Of a stretch of DNA of 64,000 nucleotides, positions 41,166 to 55,529 are shown piece after piece. Below the pieces are notes generated by a model. That model did no database searches and had not been told where the DNA came from. It saw nothing but the letters and a program-made list of their open reading frames with translations. Each line of letters starts with the position of its first letter. Within the stretch, counting starts at the first letter, position 1. The stretch comes from the human T2T-CHM13v2.0 reference genome, Homo sapiens, in NCBI RefSeq assembly GCF_009914755.1, contig NC_060931.1, one strand, 5' to 3'. The translations under genes and the position numbers were made by a program.

Positions 41166-41359
41166 AAAGGCACTCAAGGAGGTTTTATTCTTGCTCAAGA
41201 GCAAAGAATAACATCGCAATAGCAGAACATAGTGAGTGCAGTGCGGCCTGTGCACAGGCCCTCAAGGGTGTCAATTTCCCTGCAGCCTGATATGTTTGGG
41301 GTACTTTGCTCAGAATGGCCAGAGGGTGTAGAAATGGGACAAACTTCTCCAGAAGGGAC

Positions 41360-41778
41360 GTGAAAGTGACTGGCCAGACACTCACCAATCCCACTTTCTT
41401 GTCCAGGGCCCACAGAAAAACTGCACTTCCCAGCCATTTTGCTTTTAGACAGGGACACTATCACTCAGTTCTGGCCAGTGGTGTGCAGGTGGAGATAACA
41501 TGCACCACTTCCCAGGCTAGCCTCTAAGACATCCCACACCATCCACCATCTTCTCTTTTTCTCTCCTGTTCTCTGGATGTACAGCTGGAAGCTAAGGCCT
41601 CTGAGATGGCAAAGCCCCACTATGGAAGCTGCCCAGATTCCTGAGTCCCCGGTTGGAGGTAGCCCCAAAGAAGAGATGCTCGAGCTGCATAAGATGGTGG
41701 ATGAGTAAGAAATAAAGTATTTGTGTGTTAAGCCACTGAGACTTGAGGGCTATCTGGCAGCTAGCCTAACCCAACACA
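41360..41778 (+). mobile_element. MLT1H-type LTR
   Basis: actgcacttcccagcc...gttctggccagtgg...gagtaagaaataaagtatttgtgtgttaagccactgaga. Confidence 0.75.
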
Positions 41779-42996
41779 AAATATATATATATACAAATAA
41801 CTCTCATGACCAAAACATTTTAGGGTAGTTCAAAGTGTGGAGAGACCAGTTCAACTGGCAAATAGCTTCAGAGAGGAGGCAGCATTTGTCTGTACCCTCA
41901 AAAAATGACAGCTTTTGGTCTTGCAGAGTCGGGAACTGAATATTGTAGGTGGAGAGATTGCCGTAAGAGAACTACAAAGACAACCACAGCAGGGCATGGT
42001 CAACAGCAGGGATTGGCACCTGATTTGCTTTAGCTGGGACACTATGGGAAGGAATGGAAAGATTTAGAAAAATGAGTCTGTGAAAGAAAGTTCAGGTCAT
42101 ACCATAGTGAGTCTTAAGTGATGCTTTAAAGAGATCCCTTAGGTACTTAAGTTTTGTAAGCAAGGCAGTAAAAGGAACAGAGCTGAACTATAAGATCATT
42201 CTGATCCCACATACGAGATGACTGGGGAGCCCCATGAAAAGACTTCTGCAGTATTCTAGTGGGAACGGCCTGACCTAGGGAACAGCGAGAAGGGTAGAAT
42301 CCTGAGAGACATTCCAAGAGCAGACATCCCATCAGCTATGCAGGACGCAGTGTCACTGACCGTGACTTTACGTGACTCAGATGGAATCAGGCTTGAGCTT
42401 CTCTTCTTGCCATTCCCATGTGCTGTGATAAATTCCTCCTGTCTGGGGGGCTACCATATATTCTGCAGCTGTCAAGTGCAAACAGTTCCCAGAAAAAGAG
42501 ATTAAATAGGTTTAACTTGTTATTCAACAAGTTGTTCCCATCTTCCTCTGCCCACAGCCAAAGCTCAAGACTCACATTTTAAAGGGCAAAATGTACTTTT
42601 TCTCTTTTATTTTCTATCTTTCCTCCTTTTATTTGTCCTCTTTTTCTGCCAAATTTAGTTCAACAAATATTACATGTCTATTCACAGAAGTTGTGCGAAG
42701 TATTACAGACATAAATTAAAGTGTCTGAAATTTGGTGTCCCTTACGTAAAGAGCCAGAAATTCTAACGCACATGTAGCTAACTGTAAGACAAAGTGCAAT
42801 GATGTGTGTGACCCCACGCTACAAGAGCACGCATTCTGCCCAGGTAGGGTGGGAAGGCACTGGGGATATCTGACCCAGACCTGGACAGATAAATAGAATG
42901 CTGCTGAATTGAGAGATGGAGATGGGCATCCCAGGCAATGAGCAGAAACACACAAGCATAAAGGGCTTGCCATGGTGGGCAGTGATAAAGAGTCTA

Positions 42997-43545
42997 GTGT
43001 TTCAGACTCTTGATTTGAGGTGACAGAAAAGGAACTCATGGTGACTTAAGCAACAGAGAGACAGAGAGACACTATATCAGCTCACAAAACCAAGCTTTAT
43101 CTACCTTCAAATGGATCCAGGGGCTCAAATGAAGCCACCAAGACTTTGTGTCTCTCTGTCTCTCTTCTGTGCCAGCTTTGTATACAGGTAGGCATTTTCC
43201 CCAGGGTGCAACAGGACCCCTGGCAGCTCCAGACATGAATACTACCAGCTTGGCAGCCTTTGTGGAAAGGCAGCACCACTTTCCCAGTAATTCCTGAAAA
43301 ACCACAGATAGGTTTTGATTGACCCAGCCAGAAACACCTGCCCATCTCCAGGCAATCATCATGGCTGGAGGAATCCTGTATTTCTTCTGGCCAGTCACGG
43401 GATTCAGGACCCATCCTGAGGGGCTAAGAGGTGGGATCAACCTATGAGCTGGAAGTAGGGGAGCCAAACTTCCCCAAAGGGAAACCAGGCTGCTGTCACC
43501 ATGGAAAGGAAAGATGCATGCTGAGTAGGAAACAAATGTCCCTAT
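42997..43545 (-). mobile_element. MLT1K/L-type LTR
   Basis: tggatccaggggctcaaatga...ttccccaaagggaaaccaggctgctgtcacc antisense MLT1 pattern. Confidence 0.7.
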
Positions 43546-44574
43546 ACCTGCTGTGGCTAGGGAGCAGCATAGAAGTACGGAAGGCAGGTATGGTTAGGGG
43601 TGAGAGGGCGGGAGCAAAACCAAACTGGCACCAGATAATGAATCCCTTTGCTGACATGCAAGAGGTAGTGGATTTTATTCTTCGAGCTGCTGGGTCTCAA
43701 CTATTTCCCCCTTAATGTAAATGATGAACACCACCATCTGCAGTCATGGCTGGGTGTTGTTTGTGAATTTTCCATGCGTTAGCTCTAATTCCACCCTTAC
43801 TCCACCCTTACTCTCCCTGGATAGACAGCAATGATACAGTGAACCTTGCTGTAATTGGTTTTTAAAGAGTAAAACAAAAAGTATAAATTATTCACAGACT
43901 TCTGCTCCCTAATTATTAGCAATAGCAAATTACTTTGATTCAACAATGTCTCCCAGTGCCTCTGTCAAGCACAGATGTTGTCGGCAATGGGAAGCCACTA
44001 AAGGTTTTTAAATGGTAGAATCTGTTATAAGAAGATAACTGTGATGGCAAAATGTAGGCTGGATTGGATGAAAAGATTCTAAAGGCAGAAAGGTCATTTG
44101 GGAGGCTATCATGGTAGGAAGGGAGAGGAACGAGGGACCTGAGCCAAACCAATAAAGACAATGGAGATGGAGCAACTGCTCACAGAGGTATTGCGCAGGA
44201 CATAGCTACTTATTAAATAAAGGACAACAACAGAGTAATGATGCTTCAGGTTTAGCTGACACGTTCCAGACCATCCATTCTCACACCCTTTTTCCCATTA
44301 GCTGTGTCACTTGCCAGCTAGCACACACACACTGAAAAACAGTAAATGAGATGGACAGAGATGAGGATTCCCGTCTGAGCAAAGCTCCCACTCTCAGGTT
44401 CAAATGAGTGTTTTTTCACATCTACTTATTAATTGTACTTTAAAATACAATACAGTAATTTATAGTGATAATTGACTATTTTGATGTGATTATTCATGAT
44501 TCTGTGGGCATCACTAATGATGCCTATAATTATAATTATTACAAAATTATTATTATTACTAATAACTATTCAAA

Positions 44575-44790
44575 ATAGTGCCTTGAATTTTATAGCCCTT
44601 TACAAAGCACTTTCATCTACCTCTATTTATTTTATTTTCACCATAATTCTGATGCAAGTATTACCAATCCCATTTTACAAACCATATCAGACTGAATGAA
44701 TTGCCCCAATTCATAAAGCACACAAAGTGGCAGAGGCAGGGTTGAACGTCCAGACTTCTGACTCCGAGAACAGTGATTTTTCCACTTTGT
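44575..44790 (-). mobile_element. MIR SINE
   Basis: ttacaaagcactttcatct...aagtggcagaggcagggttgaac...ttctgactcc. Confidence 0.7.
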
Positions 44791-45133
44791 TTTTGTGCTC
44801 ATTATCTGCAGTAAAAATAAATCAGTGAAAACTGTACCCTCAATATGAGAACTGGATTATCTGCGGGCCTTTAGATTTTTAGCTAGCTACATTTTTTTCC
44901 AAGGAGAAAATTTAAGTAAGGAGGAATAAGAAGGGGTAGTTAGCATGGGGGAACTGGAAGCTAATAATAACAGATGGATGGACAGATGGCTGCCGTGTGG
45001 CTCAGTTTCAAGGACTTCCCAGGACTCTAAGGTTATTCTGACACCAGTGCCCTGTCATGGTGCCTGAAACTCTGCATTTCTGTTAACAGCACTCTCTCCA
45101 GAACACCCCACCTAATGTGCTATTTGGGAGGAG

Positions 45134-45607
45134 TGTATCCATTTCCCATTGCCACTGGAGCAAATGACCACAACCTTAGTAGCTTCAAGTCAACACAAAT
45201 GCATTATTTTACAGTTCTTGAGGTTAGAGGTCCAAAATGGATTTCACTGGGGTAAAATCACAGTGTTGGCAGTGCCTCGCAGAGGAGGACCCATTCCTTT
45301 CCTTTTCCAGCTTCTAGAAGCTGCCTACATTCCTTGGCTCATGGCCCCTTCCTCCATTTTCCTAGTTAGCAGTGTGCCATCTTCAGATCTCTATCTGGCT
45401 ATGATCCTCCTGCCTCCCTCTTTCACTCATCAGGATACCTTTGATTGTATTAGGTTCTCTGAGATAATCCTGGATAATCTCTCCATCTCAAGATTCTTAA
45501 CCTAAATACATCTGCAAAGACCCTTTTTGCCATGTGAGGGAACACACTCACAAGTTCCAGGGATTTGCATGTGGACATCTTAGGGAGGAATTATTGTGCC
45601 AACCACA
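45134..45607 (-). mobile_element. Solo MLT1C-type LTR
   Basis: tgtatccatttcc...ctgcaaagaccctttttgcca...aaccaca; 5-bp TSD aggag on both sides. Confidence 0.9.
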
Positions 45608-46134
45608 AGGAGTAATATATTAACAGATACTGATCAGATTAGGTAGCTGTCATCTTTCTGAAAGCAAAATATGAAGCGAATAAGGCATAGAAAAAATGAG
45701 TTTTTATAGAAATTAAGAAAGTCAGGAAAGTTTACTAAAACAGGGATTCATAACCAAGGGATAAGTTGGAGGTATTTTTCCATTGTTGTTCTCATATATT
45801 GTTTATAAGAGTATAAACTATGATAAAAATGTCAAAAAATAATTTGGCAATATAAATTTCCATTTTAATTGATCTGGCAATTCAACTGCTAAAAATGAAC
45901 AAAAATACTTCAAGATGCAAGTACAAAGATATATACTAAATCCCCACCAAGAAGTCATCGCTAAGTAAATTAGAAAATATTCACATAATGGAATACTCTG
46001 GTGTCTTTTAAAAGGATGAAGTAAATCAATCAGCATACGCTGACATGGAAAATCGCCCCCAGAAATTTAAAAAATTGTTTTCAGAAAAAAAAAGATGTTG
46101 AAGAGCCCATTTAGTGTGAGCTCATTTGGTAAAT

Positions 46135-46171
46135 AAAAAAGAAAGAAAGAAAAGAAAGAAAGAAAGAAAAA

Positions 46172-46231
<60 letters not shown>
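46135..46231 (+). repeat. (GAAA)n STR
   Basis: About 23 imperfect units. Confidence 0.95.
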
Positions 46232-46379
46232 CGCTGTTTGTAGGTATGCTTTGTGTTTGCATAAAATGTTTGTCTTTGGGAAAAATATCAGTGGCCATTA
46301 GCCAAAAGGAAGACTTCTTAAATTTTTCTGTACTATTTGAATTTTTAATCACATACACACATTAATTATGCCTTTTTTG

Positions 46380-46672
46380 AACTATTTAAATATGCATGCC
46401 CAGGCCTTTTTTCTGGAGAGTCTGGTCCAGGAGGTCTAGTGTAGAACCCACACATGGATATTTTGAAAAAGCTCCCAAAGCCATTCTGTTGGGCATCCCA
46501 GGAGGTTCTCAGTTGGGTCACTATTGGCATTTTAGCCAAAACAATCCCTCCTTGTGCTGGACTCTCCTTCCATTTTAGGAACTTGGAATCTTCCTCCCAC
46601 CCCCCCTCCAAGCATTGAGACAACCACAATTCCCATATGTATTTTCTCCATCGCCCCCTGAGGGGTTGAGAT
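46380..46672. mobile_element. hAT-Charlie fossils (MER5-like plus MER20-related)
   Basis: ttttgaaaaagctccc...; ggttctcagttgggtcactattggcatttt...cgccccctgaggggttgaga. Confidence 0.5.
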
Positions 46673-47093
46673 AGTCCTGCAGGATACCTGGGCAGGATCT
46701 GGGTTTGAAAGGGCCTTAACTGGCTGAGACTTCCAGACAAGGCAGAGAGCTAAAGCTGATGCCATTGGGAGTTGGGGGAAGCCATTATACTCCCTAATAA
46801 CAGGCCCCAAACTTTCTGACCACTATGCCTTTGCAAAAACTACTTCCTCTCCCTGGAACTTGCCTCTCAACCCATTTATGCTAAAAAAAAAAAAAAAGCC
46901 TAACCTTTAAAATAACTATATCTTGCTTTCAAAACTCAGTTAAATGACATCATTCCAAGAAGCCTTGCTGAACTCCCTGCTGGTGGAATGATTCTGTTCT
47001 CCCCACAACCCTAAAATTCCCAGAGCATTCTGTATCACAGGCAATCTGTGCTAATCTCACTACTATGAATCACACATCTTTTTATTTTTATTA

Positions 47094-47560
47094 CCATTGC
47101 CCATTAGAAATATAATGCAAACCACATATCTAATTTTCTAGTGGCCACATTTTAAAAAGCAAAAATAAATCAGTGAATTCATTTAACATATTGTATTTAA
47201 CCAATATATCTAAAATATTTCAGTATGTAATTAATATTAAAATTATTGAGATATTTTATTTGTATATATTAAGCCTTAGAAATCAGTGTGTAATTTACAC
47301 TTACAGTGTATCTCAATTTGGCAGATAAGTTTTCATCAGAAAGACTTGATCTATGTTTCTATTTCATAAAATGGACATTTGAGAAAAGTAGATTCACATA
47401 CTCAAGTTGTTCCAATAGTAGGTGTTTTTCAATAACTAAATTGATCTTAGCTTCTAAACTTATATATTTAAGTTTCCTAAAATTAAATAAAATTAAAAAT
47501 TCAGTCCCTTTGTGACACTGTCCACATGTAACTAATGGCTACCATTCTGGACAACGCCAC
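47094..47560 (-). mobile_element. Charlie1/MER33-family DNA transposon
   Basis: tagaaatataatgcaaaccacata...ttacacttacagtgtatctcaatttgg...atggctaccattctggacaac. Confidence 0.8.
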
Positions 47561-50384
47561 TATATATACTAATAGACTGTAAACTCCTCAAGGATTTACA
47601 GAGCCTTACTCACTGCCGTATCCCCAGCTCCCAGGTCATTGCTTTGCACATAGTTATTACTCTATAAATGTGGGTTGAATAAATAAATCAATGAATTGTT
47701 CATCTTAGTGTTACCCACAGCATCCAGGAGGCCACTTTGCATATATGACAATAATTGTGGATTTCAGTTACATAACACTGTACAGTTTACCAAGCTTATT
47801 ATCTAATCATCTCACAAGCACTCACTGAGAAAGATATTTTCACTTTTCAGGTGGAAAACAAGATTCAGAAAAGTTCATCGCTATGTGTAAAGACATTGGT
47901 AAAATGGCAAAACCAGATGTTGAACCTAGATTTTCTGACTCCCAATTAAAGTACCTTCAATTGACCACACCTGCTCTTCAGTTAATCAACAAATGTATGG
48001 AGATTAAATTAAACACTGCAGAGTACCCAAAGAATGCTGAGTAAAGCTGAGAAAGGAAAAGCTGAGAAAGGATCCTCCCCAACGTCCTATGTCAATAGAT
48101 AACATGAACATCGAAGTTAGTTAGATATTATGCTTCTATTAGGGGAAGGGTCAAAGCAAAACATTCTAAAACCAAAACGATTACAGTTAACACCTGTTTG
48201 TTAAGAAAATGTCAAGTGAAGGAGGGTTGGAACAGTGTCTGAAGAAGGACAACAGAGAAATTATTAGCCAGAACACCTCTGATCTCAGACCACACTGCTC
48301 ATCTGGGCAATTCCACAAATTCTGCCTGAAGTATGAGACTCTATCCCAAGAAAATTATTCTAAATCTACAAAAATCTATTTGAACAAAGATGTCCATCAC
48401 GGCATTGCTTATATTACATTGCAAAAACACTTAAATAACTTCAGTGTCCAGATATGGAGAGACAGTTGACTAAATTACAGTACATCCACTAAGGAACATT
48501 TATAATTTTTTTATATTTGTGGATGTTTAAACATGGGAGAAATGTTGGGCGGGTTATAATGGTAAATTTTAGAACGTGATACTATGTGATCAAAGGAGTT
48601 AAACGTTCATAAAGAAAGTCCATCAAATTTTAACATTTGGAAAGAAGGAACAATGAGTGGCATTTTCTCCTTTTCCCTTTTCCATGTGCATGTATCACTT
48701 TTATAACAAAAAACTTCTTTTAAGAAAACTGTCTTTAAACAAACAGGCAAACAGGGCTTAGCCTTCCTGCCCACCCCCACTCCACCCCCATTGTGGGTAA
48801 TGAAGCATAAATAAGAGAAAGTAATGATCCCACATTCTGTCTGGAAAACGGGCTTCTACTCTAATCAAGGAGATAATCTCTATCTCTAAGTTGTTGATCT
48901 AAGTTCCTGGGTGGGTCAAGAAAGATCATCCCTCTTTGGAAGGATGTGGCAAATATTCAATCAACAGTCTAACCTGATGCCCAAGGTCACACAGCTCTGC
49001 AGAACTGACTCCCAGCACCGGATTCAACTCAACTATCAGAGCAGAGCTGCTCATATTCCCAAAGTGCCCTGGCTGGCTTCTGGCAGAGCCACTTTGCTCC
49101 GGGTCACATCATTGTTGGGTGGCCTTACATGTTTGGATAATCGCAGCCCAGCTCTGGGAGATGTTACTCACACTGTGTAAGAGAGTCAGCCACATTAAGT
49201 CCTCAGTGATAAAGAGCCTAGAATGTCAAATGCCCTTGCATTTGCCAGCCCAAAGGCTGGCAGAATTTCCAAACCCTCCTGGGCTCCCCTCTGGCCTATG
49301 AAGGAGCATCCCAGCCTCCCTTTCTTCAAAGGTCAGTAGGGTTTCCCTAGGGTGCATTGGGGTTAAAGATGATCTTCCAAGATGACAGAATCTCACACCT
49401 TCCTGATGGGCATCCAGAGAAACAGGTGGAACCATTAAAACTCACCTGAGAGATTAAGCACAGCTCAGGGATTAATCCCTTGGATTCTGAGGCCAGACTA
49501 CAGGGGTTCAAAATCCAGCTCCACCACTTGAGAGCTAAGTAAACATGACAAGTTACTTAACTATGTTTCAGTACTCCCAATGAGTTAATGTATGCAAAGC
49601 ACTTCGAATAGGACCAGACCCATACTAAGAACCACATAAGGGTTAGGTCTTCGTTCATTTGCAAATATTGGTTGAATGCTTCCTAGTACTAGGGGCAACC
49701 ATTGTAGTCCACCAGCAGGGGCCTAGCTCCATGCTGAGCTTTAAGTACAGTATCTTTTTTTAATGCTTACAAAAACCATGCAATGTAACTCTGAGTATTT
49801 CTGTTCTATACCTGAGAACTAATGCTGAGAGGAGGAAGCAGCTTGCATGAGTTCTATATGACAAAGTCCCCATTCAAACCTAGGTCTCTGGGGACTCAAA
49901 AACAAAATGTTTTCCCAGATGAGGTCCCTATTCTTCAAAGAATCGTATCTGTAAGAAATCCTAAAAACATTACTTACTCTGGCCAATAATCAGTATTTAT
50001 TTCCTAAGCAATAAACCTTCTTTCAAACCAAACGGTCTCTGTAAACACAATAGTGTTTCTTAGCAATCACATGTGCAAAGTCCCCAAACCAGCTATTTTT
50101 AAGTTAGAACCAGCCCCACCCCCACAAACAGAATGATAAAGGACTCCCCAAGACAAAGATATTCCACTTACCAACTGTTCCCATGAAATACTTCAATTCC
50201 CTTCACTCCATAGTTATTTATTGCCCAGAACTAATTTCCTAGCCTTTATGAAGCAGATTGTCTCTTACAGTTCCTGAGAGTTAATTGTGTGCATCTCTTC
50301 CCAACTCCATTCTGTGAATCTATTTTGGAAATTTGAAATTCGAAATGGTGGGAATATTTATATTACAGAAACTGGCAAATGCTA

Positions 50385-50828
50385 ATGTCCACCAACAGCT
50401 GAATGGATAAATAAATCATGGTATATCCATACAACAGAATACTACTCAGCAACAAAAAGAAATGATCATACATGCAACAACATAGATGGCTTTTTAAGTA
50501 GTTATACTAAGTAAAAGACACCAGATTTGAAAACAGAATACATACTGCATAATTCCATTTATATACAAATCTAGAAAATGCAAACTAATCTATATAATCA
50601 ATAGCAACAGAAAGCAAATCAATGGCTGCCTGGGACAGACTGGGGATAGCATGAAGAGGCAGGAAGAAGGAGTTACAACAGAGAACGAAGAAATTTTTGA
50701 GGGTAATGGTTCATTATGTTGATTATGGTGATGGGTTCACAGGCTCAAATGTCACACTTAGCCAGTTGAATATTTGAACATGTACAGTTTTTTCTACGTC
50801 ATTTATATCTTAATAAAGCTGTTTTTAA
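50385..50828 (+). mobile_element. L1ME1-type 3' end
   Basis: aatgtccaccaacagctgaatggataaataaa...ctagaaaatgcaaactaatcta...taataaagctgttttt. Confidence 0.8.
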
Positions 50829-52863
50829 ATGTTCTTCTGTTTATTCCTATGATGACATTTTTATTTTAATAAGTGTAAACAAATGCTACTTCACTATGCA
50901 GAATCATTGATTTACTTCTCTATTTCTCTCACCATATTCTAGGTTCCTTGAGGGCAACAACCTCCATGAAGTCTTTCCTGGGCACATGCTTTCTCCACTC
51001 TTGTACCCCATCTCCTTGCTCTGGAGTAGGGCATGACTCCATTCTCTGTGCTCCTGTTTCCAGGTAGGTCATGGAGTGGAGTGGAAAGCACAAAGGCTTG
51101 GAGGTCAAAATGATGCAGGTTTCACCCTCCGCTCTGCTGCTGTTCAGTTGTGTGTCCTTGGGCGTGGCATATAATTTTTCTGAACCCACTTTGCTAGGGC
51201 ATAAAAGAGGGAAGCTATGGATCCCTGCCAGGAGCAGAAAAGACAGTGACTACAGTCCTCACATGAGCAGTGTGTCAGCGAAAGGCACCAAAACAGCATA
51301 GGCATCCTCTGGCTTTAACAAAAGGGCAGGCTACCTTGGAAGTAATAATTTTAAGTAGTCACTTCAAAGCTGTGACAAATGATCCCAGTTGCATGAAACC
51401 TAAGGGTTCCAGGCTGATGGGAATTGCTGGAAGAAGCCCCATGAAAAGGGCTACTCAGGGCCCCTCTTTTAATGAGGATTATCAAGTGGAGATGCCCTTC
51501 GACCCAGTGTTTCTATTCTAGTTATCTGCCCCTACGATGCAGTTTAAATTACCTAGATGGATATGGACTTATATCATAGCATTCCTTTAAAGAGTGAAAA
51601 TCTGAGAAGAATCTAAATGTCCAGCAATAGTGATGTGGGTAAATAAATGCTCACTCATCACATTCAGGCACATACATGCTACGTGGCAACATGGCAAAAT
51701 GACTAAGGTAAAATGATCCATGAAAAAATTAGGACAAAAAAACTGTAGCCACACTATAATTATAACTATGAGAATAAGGCATAGATATTAAGACTTCAGA
51801 AAGCCAAAATGATCATGAGGATCATATTCAGGACATTTTATCTCTCATCATTTATCAGCAGTCTACAGGGCATGCATATTATTTTTATGGCAAAATTTCA
51901 CTTTGGAAAATATTAAGAAAGGAGGGACTAAGAAACTGAGGCAATGTCTCAAAGTCAGCCTATCCAGAGGGAAACGCGGCAGCCACTGAAATAGTAGTAA
52001 AAATAGCCAGTGCCCAGCAGGCTTTTGAAAGCTTCTACAGATCACGTTCCCAAAAGAATACATGCAATTTGCCTGCATTCTGTTGAATTGGCTTTTGGAA
52101 AAAGACAACATAAGGGACATTTGGTGACACTTCAGTTATCTAAAATGGCATGGACATATGGCATCTCGTGGGGTGGGAAAGCTCATTCTGTGATCATTCC
52201 AAATCTTTAGATGCCCATTCCAGATAAATGCTATAAACCTGTGAAGAGAAGGGAGCAAAATCTTTATCTGGTGACTACAGCTAAGATGGGCCTTAATGGT
52301 CATGAAAGAAACGGTGACCTACAGAGGCAGCACCCGTCAAGGCAGTGTGGATGGAGAAGAATGAAGGAAAACAAGAGAAGGTCAAGGGGGAGCCTGGAAC
52401 AAGCAGAGTGGGGGTTCTCAGCCCTGCTGCATGGCAGCAGAATGGGACCCAAAGAAGTTTTAAACATGCACTTCCTGGTCCCACCCAGCGAGGCTGGTTT
52501 GATAGCTCATAAGTCTACTATGCAGCCTGAGTTAAGAATCAGTGAAATAGAATGTCAATCAGAAATCTGAACAGGATAGAGCCCACGTAGTGTAGTCAAA
52601 GGCAAGATTTTCAAGTGGGAGAAGATAAAATTATTTCAGCAAGAAAAAAAGTGACTGGTGGCTGCTGGTGTTGCCATTGATGTTGTTCAATGTGTTAGAA
52701 TAGGGAAATGATTTTAGAATTTGTTTGGTCGCCTTATTTTAGGTGGATTCCTCTCTCTCTGCCTTTTTCTCTCTCTTTCCCCCCACAACACACACATCAA
52801 AAGGTTGAGCTTGAGCCAAATAACAGAATTCCTAGTGATATTTTATAATTTTTAAAAAAGTAC

Positions 52864-53193
<330 letters not shown>

Positions 53194-53231
53194 AGTATAA
53201 TTAATGGAGATTAGGCACTACACTAAATGCC

Positions 53232-53435
53232 TTTTTTAACCTTTTATTTAAATGATTATAGACACACAAGAAGCTGCAAAAATGGTACAGAGAGGTCCCA
53301 GGTACGCATTATCCAGCTCACCCAGTGATAATATTTTACAAGACTCTAGTACATTATCCAAACCAGGAAATTGATGTGGACATAACAGAATTACCTAAAC
53401 TACAACCTCACTCAGGTTTCAGGAGTTTTTATGCC
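53232..53435 (-). mobile_element. L1MB-type 3' terminus
   Basis: acacaagaagctgcaaaaatggtacagagaggtccc...aaaccaggaaattga. Confidence 0.7.
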
Positions 53436-54062
53436 TAGTATTTTTACATACATTTTCTCATTCCATCCTCCCATCATTATTGTTTCCATTTTGCAGAAAA
53501 GAAAACTGAGTCCAAGAAAAGCTGAGTAACTTCCCCAAGGTGGTAAGTTACAGAGTCACGATGGAATCTCAGCTTTGTCTGACTCCAAGCTCTAGTGCTA
53601 ACCTACCTTCCCTACCACCCCATACCATACAGTGGGCACCACTGTGGTCACAGCAGAGAAAGGGCTCTGGTGAGACCACAGGTGTTGCTGGTGACTTGCT
53701 CACAGGAGAGGTCTTCGGAGGCAAATGTGTGGCAGACATGAGCCCACAGCCAGGTGGGCAGTAAGTCTGAAGAAGGGCTTCCTAGTTCTCCAGCCCAGCA
53801 GCTAAAGTTGTATTCTTAGACTGAGCAATCTATGGCAGGAGGCCCAGGCAGGCAGGGAGTAAGGCCAAGGTGGCTGGCCAGCCAGTGCTGCAGTGAGAGT
53901 CCACACCAGGCATGAGGAAATGGCAGGAAATGAGCAGGCTGGTGTGGCACCGGCATTGGATCAGGGTGCAGAGGCAGGCAGGAAGCAGAGACCTCACTGA
54001 AAGGCAAATCCACAGCAGCATCAAAACCAGAGAACACAGACCTTCTGCCTCATTGCTGGACC

Positions 54063-54315
54063 AGGGAGGCCGTGTGGCCCAGTGGTTAACTGTGGGTTCT
54101 GGAGCCAAACTGTCTGGCTTTGAATCCCAGATCTACCAACTGATAGTAGGATCTTGAATATGTTCATGTCTTTTTACCTCAGTTTCTCCATCTGTGAAAT
54201 GAAAGTAATAAAAACACCTGTCTCACAGGGTTGTTATAAGGATTCAACGGCTTAACACATAGAGCTTGTAGAAAAATGCTTAACACACAATCTCTAGTCA
54301 GGTTAGCTATTATTG
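54063..54315 (+). mobile_element. MIR SINE
   Basis: cagtggttaactgtgggttctggagcc...cctcagtttctccatctgtgaaatg. Confidence 0.8.
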
Positions 54316-55006
54316 TCATCATACAAAATGTGACTGGATTAGGGATAAGAGGAAAACTCTAGAAAGGAAAGAGAGAAACCACCTCAAAGGTCCCAGGTGG
54401 CAGAGTGGTTGCTCAGTGCTGATGGCCCAGTGAACGTGGCTGATTAACCCAGAAAAGGTTAATTCCTCCACACAACACAGCCCAGAGCTCACAGTGCACC
54501 TTCCAAGCATTGAGCAGGATGCTGACACTGAATCATATCACTTGCAAATTATAAAGCATCAGCTGCTTCCAGACACCATGCTCACCGCATGCATGCCTCC
54601 TGGACTCCTCACAGGTAGCCCCTGAGGGAAAGAACATCTAATCCTGTTAAACAGATGAAGAAACTGAGGCTCAGCTTAAATGGTGTGCTCAAGGTCAGAC
54701 AGCAGGCAAGGGGTGTAACTGGGATTAAACCAGAGCTCAGTGTTCCCACTACACCCATCATTAAGACAAACAGAACGCTCTGTAACAATGGTGTCTGGCA
54801 CAGCCATGGGTCATGGGTCAGCAGGAGCAGGGAGCAGCACAACTGGGCAGAAACGGCCATGTGAGAAGACTGGGATGATTCACCCAAACTCCTTTCTCTG
54901 GCTAAGTAACTGCCTCCCCCAACCCATTCCATGAGTTTCTCTCTACTCTGCAATTTCCTATACTTCCAATGGCATCAGTAAGGCCAGATAAAAGACATTG
55001 TTTTCT

Positions 55007-55260
55007 TTTCATTTTATTTTATTTTTACTTATTTTAAGTTCTGGGATTCATGTGCAGGACATGAATATTTGTTACATAGGTAAATGTGTGCCATGGTGGT
55101 TTGCTGCACCTATCAACCCATCACCTAGGTATTAAGCCTCACATGCATTAACTATTTATCCTCATGCTCTCCCTCTCTCTACCCCCACAACAGGCCCCAA
55201 TGTGTGTTGCTCCCCTCCCTGTGTTCATGTGTTCTCATTGTTCAGCTCCCACTTATGAGT
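55007..55260 (-). mobile_element. L1PA (about L1PA13) 3' end
   Basis: Antisense 3' UTR ttgttacataggtaaatgtgtgccatggtggtttgctgcacc; flanking tgttttct repeat. Confidence 0.88.
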
Positions 55261-55529
55261 GTTTTCTATCAGATTAGGGGACTCCACAAGAGCCCCCGTT
55301 GGCCATTCACATCACCAGCAGGACAGGGAATTAGACCTGGATCTGCTGACACACATCTTCATATTCTAAGTCGAAGTTCATTTCTACCCTTTAGGGTTGA
55401 TGTCTCTCCCTCTAGGGTTGATGGACCACCCCACCTCGCCTCTGCTGGGCCTTTGTGACCTTTCTCTCACAAGCAACTGCCTGGACTCCAGGTAGGGTGA
55501 AAATACAATGGCTTATAAAACACTGGATG

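Noticed and set aside
46122-46365. KERK-rich and FFLS-rich ORFs
   Set aside because: Translations of the (GAAA)n repeat
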